Shown here: in pieces, positions 54,691 through 64,000 of the stretch
Layout: every line of letters starts with the position of its first letter
How positions within the stretch are numbered: the first letter of the stretch is position 1
Source of the DNA: the human T2T-CHM13v2.0 reference genome, Homo sapiens
DNA: 64,000 nt
Assembly (NCBI RefSeq): GCF_009914755.1
Contig: NC_060925.1
Direction: 5' to 3' (one strand)
Position numbers and translations under genes: made by a program
The notes under the pieces: model-generated
What the model saw: only the letters and a program-made list of their open reading frames with translations
Told to the model about the DNA's origin: nothing
The model's database searches: none

Positions 54691-54933
54691 GATGGAGTCT
54701 TGCTCTGTCACCCAGGCTGGAGTGCAGTGGCACCATCTTGGCTTGGTGCAACCTCTGCCTCCCAGATTCAAGTGATTCTCCTGCCTCAGCCTCCTGAGTT
54801 GCTGGGACCACAGGTGCACAACATCACATCTGGCTAATTTTTGTATTTTTAGTAGAGACAGGGTTTCCCCATATTGGCCAGGGTAGTCCTGAACTCATGA
54901 CCTCAAATGATTCACCTGTCTTGGCCTCCCAAA
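54659..54933 (-). mobile_element. AluS, 5' end slightly truncated
   Basis: 30-nt poly(T) followed by reverse Alu. Confidence 0.92.
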
Positions 54934-55364
54934 TCACAGATTCTTTTTAAAGCAAGAGTTGTTCAAATTTATCTATCAGTCGTGTTTCATGTATAGATGC
55001 CTCTAAACATTTAATGTCCATGTTACCTGGTGATATAAGTCCATATCGCAGCAACACTCTTAGAAAATTGTTTGACCAATTTTTGGAGATTTTTTTGGGG
55101 AAAAAATTTTGTTTAACTTTGACTCAAGCAGGGAATATGGCATTATGGTCTACACATAGAGGGAGATTTTGGCCTGTGGGTCTGGAAAGCAGGGTCATCT
55201 AATTCTCACCAAAGTTAATCTAGGACAACCTAGAATATTCCTGTCAGAATCCTTATTCTTGCACTGAGAATAGTTATGTCCTTGTGCTATGACTGGACAG
55301 TGATTTGTTCATATGTGAAGTATGAATTGCTTAATGTGACCTGCTTCTCTGAATTTATTTACAG

Positions 55365-55416
55365 AAAATGAAAGTGATGATGAGGAAGAGGAAGAAAAAG
55401 GACCAGTGTCTCCCAG
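55365..55416 (+). CDS. NBPF26: Olduvai CON2 small exon ENESDDEEEEEKGPVSPR
   Basis: ttacag|AA ... CAG|gtaat, 52 nt. Confidence 0.95.
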
Positions 55417-55656
55417 GTAATGTTGTGGAATTGTTGGCTGTTAATTCAGTAGTGACATCTGGAGATTGTAGATTTAGGGAAAATGAGGAAGTGATGAATA
55501 GAACTATTTCTTCCATTCACCCAGCTACAAATTGTGCTGATTTACAATGTTGTATGTTATTTGTGGCACTTGTATTGGTTTTAATTTCATAGTCCTCTCA
55601 AGATAGGAACTTGCCATCAGATGAGCCAGGTGAACTAGCCAAACAGGGTTTTCTTG

Positions 55657-57686
55657 TTGATCTTTTCAAAAAACCAGCCCTGGATTCATTGATTTTTTGA
55701 AGGGTTTTTTGTGTCTCTCTCTCCTTTAGTTCTGCTCTGATCTTAGTTACTTCTTGTCTTCTGCTAGCTTTTGAATTTGTTTGCTTTGCTTCTCTCGTTA
55801 TTTTAATTGTGATGTTAGGGTGTCAATTTTAGGTCTTTTCTGCTTTCTCTTGTGGGCATTTAGTGCTATAATTTTCCCTCTACACATTGCTTTAAATGTG
55901 TCCCAGAGATTCTGGTATGTTGTATCTTTGTTCTCATTGGTTTCAAAGAACATCTTTATTTCTGCCTTCATTTTGTTATTTTCCCAGTAGTCATTCAGGA
56001 GCAGGTTGTTCAGTTTCCATGTAGTTGTGCGGTTTTGAGTGAGTTTCTTAATCCTGAGTTCTAATTTGATGGCACTGTGGTCTGACAGTTTGTTGTGATT
56101 TCCATTCTTTTACATTTGCTGACGAGTGCTTTACCTCCAACTATGTGGTCAATTTTGGAATAAGTGTGATGTGGTGCTGAGAAGAATGTATATTCTGTTG
56201 ATTTGGTGTGGAGAGTTCTGTAGATGTCTTTTAGGTCTGCTTGGTGGAGAGCTGAGTTCAAGTCCTGGATATCCTTGTTAAGCTTCTGTCTCATTGATCT
56301 GTTTAATATTGACAGTGGGGTGTTAAAGTCTCCCATGATGATTTTGTGGAGTCTAAATCTCTTTGTAGGTCTCTCAGGACTTGCTTTATGAATCTGGGTG
56401 CTCCTGTTTAGGGTGCATATATATTTAGGATAGTTAACTCTTCTTGTTGAATTGATCCCTTTACCATTATGTAGTGGCCTTCTTTGTCTCTTTTGATCTT
56501 TGTTGGTTTAAAGTCTGTTTTATCAGAGACTAGGATTGCAACCCCTGCCTTTTTTTTGTTTTCCATTTGCTTGGTAGATCTTCCTCCATCCCTTTATTTT
56601 GAGCCTATGTGTGTCTCTGCATGTGAGATGGGTTTCCTGAGTACAGCACACTGATGGGTCTTGACTCTTTATCCAATTTGCCATTCTGTGTTTTTTAACT
56701 GGGGCATTTAGCCCATTTACATTTAAGGTTAATATTGTTATGTGTGAATTTGATCCTGTCGTTATGATGTTAGCTGGTTATTTCGCCCGTTAGTTGATGC
56801 AGTTTCTTCCTAGCGTCAATGGTCTTTACAGTTTGGCATGTTTTTGCAGTGGCTGGTACCGATTGTTCCTTTCCATGTTTAGTGCTTCCTTTAGGAGCTC
56901 TTGTAAGGCAGGCCTGGTGGTGACAAAATCTCTCAGCATTTGCTTCTCTGTAAAGGATTTATTTCTCCTTCACTTATGAAGCTTTGTTTGGCTGGATATG
57001 AAATTCTTGGATGAAAATTCTTTTCTTTAAGAATGTTGAAGATGCTGGAGAGGATGTGGAGAAATAGGAACACTTTTACACTGTTGGTGGGACTGTAAAC
57101 TAGTTCAACGATTGTGGAAGGCAGTGTGGCAATTCCTCAGGGATCTAGAACTAGAAATACCATTTGACCCAGCCATCCCATTACTGGGTGTATACCCAAA
57201 GGATTATAAATCATGCTGCTGTAAAGACACATGCACACATATGTTTATTGCGGCACTATTCACAATAGCAAAGACTTGGAACCAAGCCAAATATCCAGCA
57301 ATGATAGACTGGATTAAGAAAATGTGGCACATATACACCATGGAATACTATGCAGCTATAAAAAATGATGAGTTCATGTCCTTTGTAGGGGCATGGATGA
57401 AGCTGGAAACCATCATTCTCAGCAAACTATTGCAAGGACAAAAAACCAAATACCGCATGTTCTTACTCACAGGTGGGAATTGAACAATGAGAACACATGG
57501 ACACAGAAAGGGGAACATCACACACTGGGGCCTGTTGTAGGGTGGGGGGAGGGAGGAGGGGTAGCATTAGGAGATATACCTAATGTTAAATGATGAGTTA
57601 ATGGGTGAAGCACACCAATGTGGACATGTATACATATGTAACTAACCTGCACGTTGTGCACATGTACCCTAAGACTTAAAGTATTA

Positions 57687-57734
<48 letters not shown>

Positions 57735-58776
57735 CACACAAAAAATAATAAAGGAAAACTATACATATGGAAAAAAAAAAGAATGTTGAATATTGCTCCC
57801 ACTCTCTTCTGGCTTGTAGGGTTTGTGCCAAGAGATCTGCTGCTAGTCTGATGGGTTTCCCTTTGTGGGTAATCCGACCTTTCTCTCTGGCTGCCCTTAG
57901 CATTTTTTCCTTCATTTCAACCTTGGTGAATCTGACAATTACGTGTTTTGGGGTTGCTCTTCTCGAGGAGTATCTTTATGGTGTTCTCTGTGTTTCCTGA
58001 ATTTGAATGTTGGCCTTCCTTGCTAGGTTGGGGAAGTCCTCCTGGATAATATCCTGAAGAATGTTTCCCAGCTTGGTTCCATTCTCCCCGTCACTTTCAG
58101 TACACCAATCAAACGTAGATTTGGTCTTTCCACATAGTCCCATATTTATTGGAGGCTTGTTCATTTCTTTTTACTCTTTTTTCTCTAAACTTCTCTTCTC
58201 GCTTCATTTCACTAATTTGATCTTGAATCACTGATACCGTTTCTTGCACTTGATCGAATTGGCTACTGAAGCTTGTGCATGCATCACATAGTTCTCGTGC
58301 CATGGTTTTCAGCTCCATCAGGTCATTTAAGGTCTTCTCTACACTGTTCATTCTGGTTAGCCATTCGTCTAATCTTTTTTCAAGGTTTTTAGCTTCCTTG
58401 CGATGAGTTCGCACATCCTCCTTTAGCTCAGAGAAGTTTGTTATTACCGACTTTCTGAAGCCTACTTCTGTCAGCTCATCAAAGTCATTCTCCATCCTGC
58501 TTTGTTCCATTGCTGGCGAGGAGCTGCGATCCTTTGGAGGAGAAGGGATGTCAGGTTTTTGGAATTTTCAGCTTTTGTGCTCTGGTTTCTCCCCACCTTT
58601 GTGGTTTTATCTACCCTTGGTCTTTGATGATGGCGACCTACAGATGGGGTTTTGGGGTGGATGTCTTTTTTGTTGATGTTGATGCTATTCCTTTCTGTGT
58701 GTTAGTTTTCCTTCTAACAGTCAGGTCCCTCAGCTTCAGGTCTGTTGGAGTTTGCTGGAAGTCCACTCCAGACCCT
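55657..58776 (-). mobile_element. L1PA internal fragment (5'UTR end, ORF1, ORF2 endonuclease region), interrupted by a second L1
   Basis: Minus-strand ORFs 58109..58510 and 57676..57915 (ORF1p) and 56061..56336 (GDFNTPLS endonuclease motif). Confidence 0.93.
57041..57778 (+). mobile_element. Nested 5'-truncated L1PA with TSD AAGAATGTTGAA, (TA)n tract and extended tail
   Basis: ORF 57112..57483 is the ORF2 C-terminus; TSD at 57029-57040 and 57779-57790. Confidence 0.95.
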
Positions 58777-59343
58777 CAAACAGGGATTTCTTGGTGTTGC
58801 CTATTCTCTCCCATGTGTTTAAATCCAGGGAGAGGTGTATATATGCTTTCTTCCTATTTGTTGGTAGTATGTTGGCTAGTATTTTTGCAAGAAAAGAAAT
58901 TGAAAAAGTAAATATATTATATCAAAATATTGGGAAAATGGGGCCCTTAATACACAAGATCTGTGTCTGCACTGCGTCAAGAACTCTCTTCACTTGAATG
59001 CTGCATGTAAAATTCAACCCAATTTATGCAAAGTAGTTGAAGCCCTGTGTCAGTTCTCTGTGCTGCAAGTCATGATGGTAGTTTACAGGGAGAGTCTGGG
59101 TGCCCTGAGTTGGCTCATCTGTGGCAAATGTACTGAGCACACGCTGCCCATTTTTGCTCTGTCCCCAGAGCAGTCACCCTCCACCCTGTATTTAGAAGGA
59201 TAGTTTTATTCCTCTTGAAGGAAAAATGCCTTTGGTTTCTGTGACCACTCCATTCTGTCTCCCATCAGATCATCTGGGAGGTTTTGTTGTCTAAAGTCTG
59301 TTGGTTAAATCTTCTGTCATCCCTGTCCTGCCTGGCTCATCAG

Positions 59344-59507
59344 GAATCTGCAGGAGTCTGAAGAGGAGGAAGTCCCCCAGGAGTCCTGGGATGAAGGTTA
59401 TTCGACTCTCTCAATTCCTCCTGAAATGTTAGCCTCGTACAAGTCTTACAGCAGCACATTTCACTCATTAGAGGAACAGCAAGTCTGCATGGCTGTTGAC
59501 ATAGGCA
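59344..59507 (+). CDS. NBPF26: Olduvai CON2 large exon [32 protein letters not shown]...MAVDIG
   Basis: catcag|G ... GCA|gtgag, 164 nt. Confidence 0.95.
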
Positions 59508-60548
59508 GTGAGTACTCCATTGTGAAGGTGATAAAGCTCCAGTTCATGGCCCAGGTAGACCCCATAATCTTTGGGCCTTGTGCCCCTTCTTGGGCTGAGA
59601 TTTGCCATCACTGTGGGCTGAACCTATATATCAATGTAGATTTCAATCACTCTGGAGTCGAGTCTGAAGCACAGGCATGGGGTGGGTCAGTGAGCTTTGC
59701 TCTCTTCCTAGTCTCAGGCCATGCCCGTGCCAACCTGGACTGACTGTCACGACATTGAACTCAAGGCAGGTGTGGCAAACTCACACCAAACTATGCAGCA
59801 CATGCCCAGGAGTTGTCTGTCAGCTCAGCTCATCTGAATTAAATGTCTCTTGCCAGCTACAAAATTCCTTATGAGTTTTGTTCCCAAAGCATGTCTGTGT
59901 GGTTCTTTACCTGCCCAAGGCCAGTGTCACCCTTGTCTACCTCTCAGTGAAAGATGTGACCCAGGTTTCACTGAATTTATTCCCATTTTCTGTGTCTTCT
60001 AAGTTCGCTTGTTTTAGCTCATCTGTCCGTCATGTTCCTGGTATGTTTTCTAGATAAATGGCTGACTTTTCACCCACAAAAGCCATAATAGCTGATGCTT
60101 CTGTGTAGAACCAAGTTTCATTTTGACTCAAGAGCTGGTACATTGCACCCTTTCATCAAATCTCTGTGTCCACAATCTCATAAACTATCAAATTCTGGGT
60201 ATTTAATGAGAAAAGCCTAATATTGAAGTATCTCTCCTATGAGGTGTTAGAACTATTTGCCTACAATTTATTGGGGAAAAAATTGCTCATTTGTGTACAT
60301 AAACCTAGGACAGAGCACATAGGGAAGATAACATTCCAACACAGGGGAATTTTGCCCAAGGCTCATGAAAGAACCCAAGCCAGTTTTCTCAAGACTTGAC
60401 CTCAGGCCTACTGGAATATTTCTCTCAAAGTCTCCTGTTCTCACACTGACAAGACTGATGTCCCTGTGTTAGGATTGGACAGAGGAATGTTTCTGTGTGC
60501 AAGGAAGAACTGCTTAATGTAAGAGGGCCCATCTGAATTTATTTGCAG

Positions 60549-60600
60549 GACATCGGTGGGATCAAGTGAAAAAGGAGGACCACGAGGCAACAGGTCCCAG
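60549..60600 (+). CDS. NBPF26: Olduvai HLS1 small exon RHRWDQVKKEDHEATGPR
   Basis: ttgcag|GA ... CAG|gtgag, 52 nt. Confidence 0.95.
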
Positions 60601-60989
60601 GTGAGTCTGAGAAATTGTGGACAGTTAATTTGATGTTGACACCTGGAGATGCCAAGTCCAGGGAAAACAGTACATGCTGAAAATAATGATTTTGTCTTGT
60701 CAGACAAGTCTGAATTATGCCTACTACATTGCTTTTTGGTTCTCATTAGAGTAAATCTTTAGGTTTCCATTTCTTCCTACCCTTATCATTTACTAACCTA
60801 GTGAAAGTTGACCATACCTCAAAAGCTGTATTCTCATGGTAACTGCAGGGAAACTTGACCACATTTTACGCAAAATTATTGAGGACATGCTTTTCATGAT
60901 CACTGTTCACTGTGTGTCCTGAGAGCACAAATACAGAGTGTCCTTTGACTCCCTCATCAGTGTGTCACCTGACCAATTCACTGAGCTCG

Positions 60990-60992
<3 letters not shown>

Positions 60993-61031
<39 letters not shown>
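60993..61031. repeat. (TG)n microsatellite in the HLS1 intron
   Basis: Seen directly. Confidence 0.95.
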
Positions 61032-61032
<1 letters not shown>

Positions 61033-61213
61033 TTTCATCTTTTTCTACCTGGCCCTGTTCTATCCCAACATAAAGGCAATAATCTGTTACCTCATTAATG
61101 GATCTGTCCTTTTTCTTTTCAAACTCTTCCTTACATTAGCCATGAAATCTAGCTGGGGCTGTGTGGTTTCTGATTCCCCCTGGCTTATTCTTTACTTTTT
61201 CCCACTTTTCCAG

Positions 61214-61386
61214 GCTCAGCAGAGAGCTGCTGGATGAGAAAGGGCCTGAAGTCTTGCAGGACTCACTGGATAGATGTTATTCAACTCCTTCAGGTTGTCT
61301 TGAACTGACTGACTCATGCCAGCCCTACAGAAGTGCCTTTTACGTATTGGAGCAACAGCGTGTTGGCTTGGCTGTTGACATGGATG
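61214..61386 (+). CDS. NBPF26: Olduvai HLS1 large exon [57 protein letters not shown]
   Basis: ttccag|G ... ATG|gtgag, 173 nt. Confidence 0.95.
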
Positions 61387-62105
61387 GTGAGTACCTTTCT
61401 ATGAAGGTGATAAGGATCCACTGAGTCTTCTGGTTAGGGTCATATTCCTACTGCAAGTGGCCCTTACTGAGCTGAGAGATGTCATTGCCACAGGGAGGAC
61501 CTATAGGCACATGTAGGTTGAATGAAACTCTAGTTCCACTTGGAAGCCCAGACAAGGGATGGGTCAGTGAGCAAGGCTCTCTTCCTAGTCTCAGGCCATG
61601 CCTGTGGCACCCTAATCCTACTCTCATGACATTGGACCTGGGCAGATGTGACAAATTCACACAACTCTGATTTTGTCTCAATTTTGTAGATCTTGTAGAT
61701 TTCATCCTTCACTCTAATTTCAGCGTCTAAAATCCTCACTACCATGAACAATCTGAGTATTTGATGAGACAGGGCTGAATAGTGCAGTTTTTCTCCTAGC
61801 AACCATTTGGGGGCATTTGCTTTAAATCGATTGGAAAAATATGGCATAACCATTTGCACAAACTTGGGACAAATGATATTGGGATAACGATCTACCAGAA
61901 TAGGGAATTTTACCCACAGTTTCTGGGACAAAAACCAAGGAATCTCTATGGTGATCAGCCTTCAGGCCTCCTGAAGAATATCTCTCACAGTGTCCTATTC
62001 TCATGCTGAGGAGCCTGAAGTCCCTGTGTGAGGATTAGACAGTGGATTGTTATGTGTGTAGGAGAACCAGCTTAATATGTCTGTCCATGTCTGAACTTAT
62101 TGCAG

Positions 62106-62157
62106 AAATTGAAAAGTACCAAGAAGTGGAAGAAGACCAAGACCCATCATGCCCCAG
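62106..62157 (+). CDS. NBPF26: Olduvai HLS2 small exon EIEKYQEVEEDQDPSCPR
   Basis: ttgcag|AA ... CAG|gtaac, 52 nt. Confidence 0.95.
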
Positions 62158-62757
62158 GTAACTTTGAGCAATTATGGATGCTTAATTCTGTGTTGACACC
62201 TGGAGATGCCAGGTCCAGGGAAAACAAGAGTGTGTTCAATTTCATGTTTTCAACGAAGGTTGAATTACTCCTACTGACATTGCTGTTGGTTTACATTGCG
62301 GTAGATGTTTAGGTTTCCATTTCTTCCTCCCCTTATCATTTACTAACTTACTATAGGTTGACCATACCTCAAAGGCTGTATGGCAACTGCATGGAATCTT
62401 GAGCAAGTTTATGGAAAATTATTGAGTCCACTCTTTTCATGATCACTGTTCGCTGTGTGTCCCGAGGGCACTAACTCAGAGTGTCCTTTGACCCCTTCAT
62501 CAGTGTGTCACCCGGCCAACTCGCTGAGCTCACTTTCTCCTCTCTCTCTCTCTCTCTGCCTCTCCCTGTCTTTCTCTTTCATTCTTTTCTACCTGGCCCT
62601 GGTCTATCCCAACCTAAAGGCAATAATTCATTACCTCATTAATGGATCTGTCCTTTTTCTTTTTAAACAGTTCCTTATGTTAGCCATGAAATCTAGCTGG
62701 GGCTGTGTGGTTTCTGATTCCCCCTGGCTTATTCTTTACTTTTTCCTACTTTTCCAG

Positions 62758-62930
62758 GCTCAGCAGGGAGCTGCTGGATGAGAAAGAGCCTGAAGTCTTG
62801 CAGGACTCACTGGGTAGATGTTATTCGACTCCTTCAGGTTATCTTGAACTGCCTGACTTAGGCCAGCCCTACAGCAGTGCTGTTTACTCATTGGAGGAAC
62901 AGTACCTTGGCTTGGCTCTTGACGTGGACA
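62758..62930 (+). CDS. NBPF26: Olduvai HLS2 large exon [57 protein letters not shown]
   Basis: ttccag|G ... ACA|gtgag, 173 nt. Confidence 0.95.
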
Positions 62931-63639
62931 GTGAGTACCTTACTATGAAGGTGATAAGCCTCCACCTGGTCTTCCAGATAGGGGTGATATTCCTGTTCCA
63001 AGTGGCCCTTACTGACCCGAGAGATGTCATTGCCGCAGGCAGGACCTATGGGCGCATATAGGTTGTAATGAAACTGTAGTCTCAGTTGGAAGCCTAGACA
63101 TGAAATGGGTCAGTGAGCAAGGCTCCATTCCTAGTCTCCAGCCATGCCTGTGGCAACCTGAGCCCGCTCTCAGCACATTGGACCCAGGCAGATGTAAAAA
63201 ATTCACAGAAGTATGATTTGGACTCAAGGGTTTGTAGATTTCCTCCTTCATTCTAATTTCAGTGTCTAAAATTCTTGCATCCATGAACGAGCTGGGCATT
63301 TGATGAGACAGGGCTGAATACTGCAGTTTTCCTCCTAGAAATCATCTGGGGCATTTTCTTTGAACTGATGGGAACAATAAGGCATAACTGTTTGCACAAA
63401 CTTGGGATAAATGATTTTGGGATAACGATCTACCAGAATGGGGATATTTCACCCTTGGTTCTGAGATGCAAACCAAAGAATATCATGACCAGCTTTCAGG
63501 CCTCCTGAAGTATATCTCTCACATTGTCCTGTTCTCATGCTGAGGAGCCTGAGATCCCTGTGTGGGGATTAGACAGTGGACTGTTATGGGTGTAGGTGAA
63601 TTGGCTTATTTTGTCTGTCCCTGTCTGAATGTATTGCAG

Positions 63640-63691
63640 GAATTAAAAAGGACCAAGAAGAGGAAGAAGACCAAGGCCCACCATGCCCCAG
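63640..63691 (+). CDS. NBPF26: Olduvai HLS3 small exon RIKKDQEEEEDQGPPCPR
   Basis: ttgcag|GA ... CAG|gtaac, 52 nt. Confidence 0.93.
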
Positions 63692-64000
63692 GTAACTGAG
63701 CAATTGTGAACAGCTACTTCTGTGTTGACATCTGGAGACTCCTGGTTCAGGGAAAACAGAGCGGGCTGACATTATCGATTACATCTTTTCAACCAAGCCT
63801 GAATTATTCCTACTAACATTGCTGTTGGTTTTCATTGCAGTAGATATTTAGGTTTCCATTTCTTCCTCCCCTTCTCATTTACTAACCTACTGTAGGTGGA
63901 CCAGACTTCAAAAACTGTATTCTCATGGCGACTGCATGGAAACTTGAGCACATTTTATGGAAAATTATTGAGCACAGTCTTTTCATGATCCCTGTATGCT

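Larger units (their letters stand above)
42799..63691 (+). other. NBPF26: NBPF (Olduvai/DUF1220) gene span, continues beyond the window; most likely NBPF26 given linkage to NOTCH2NLR
   Basis: 17 GT-AG exons of typical NBPF sizes (210,103,215,73,212,210,103,215,73,206,52,164,52,173,52,173,52) in one open frame; paralog number inferred only from the neighbouring gene. Confidence 0.8.
60420..64000 (+). repeat. Olduvai HLS tandem units (~1.55-kb period)
   Basis: Small exons at 60549, 62106, 63640 and large exons at 61214, 62758, with homologous introns. Confidence 0.9.

Noticed and set aside
55657-58776. Active L1
   Set aside because: Truncated at both ends, frameshifted and interrupted by another L1.
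60420-64000. Periodic repeats as a CRISPR-like or novel array
   Set aside because: They are ordinary Olduvai exon-doublet units; no prokaryotic features are present.

Overview
Primate (almost certainly human chr1 pericentromeric, 1p12/1q21-type segmental duplication) genomic DNA. The + strand carries exons 2-4 of a NOTCH2-derived partial duplicate (EGF1-6) plus the intron-derived NOTCH2NL terminal exon 5. Exon 5 retains the 4 bp (AATA, 31001-31004) that are deleted in NOTCH2NLA/B/C, and several coding substitutions relative to NOTCH2 are present, so the copy is best called NOTCH2NLR. About 12 kb downstream an NBPF gene (most likely NBPF26) begins: 17 exons with canonical GT-AG sites and one uninterrupted frame, covering a duplicated coiled-coil+CON1 module, CON2, HLS1, HLS2 and the start of HLS3 Olduvai (DUF1220) domains. 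NOTCH2NL exon 4 splices in frame onto the first NBPF coding exon, giving an EGF-Olduvai fusion of about 1,000 codons inside the window. The most unusual structure is in NOTCH2NL intron 3: a 2.6-kb composite LTR element (THE1A LTR + int stub, 28S rRNA fragment, HERV-L integrase/dUTPase, MLT2A LTR) with two different LTR families at its ends yet one shared 5-bp flanking repeat (TTCAT). Other observations: a recursive-splice-type exon 4, a furin motif in the undeleted exon 5 tail, lost glycosylation motifs, an inverted repeat bracketing a frame-preserving 807-nt NBPF module, an L1 3' transduction and small templated insertions. Most ORF-track entries are Alu/L1 noise. Reference comparisons (NOTCH2, repeat consensus, 28S) are from memory, not from a search.
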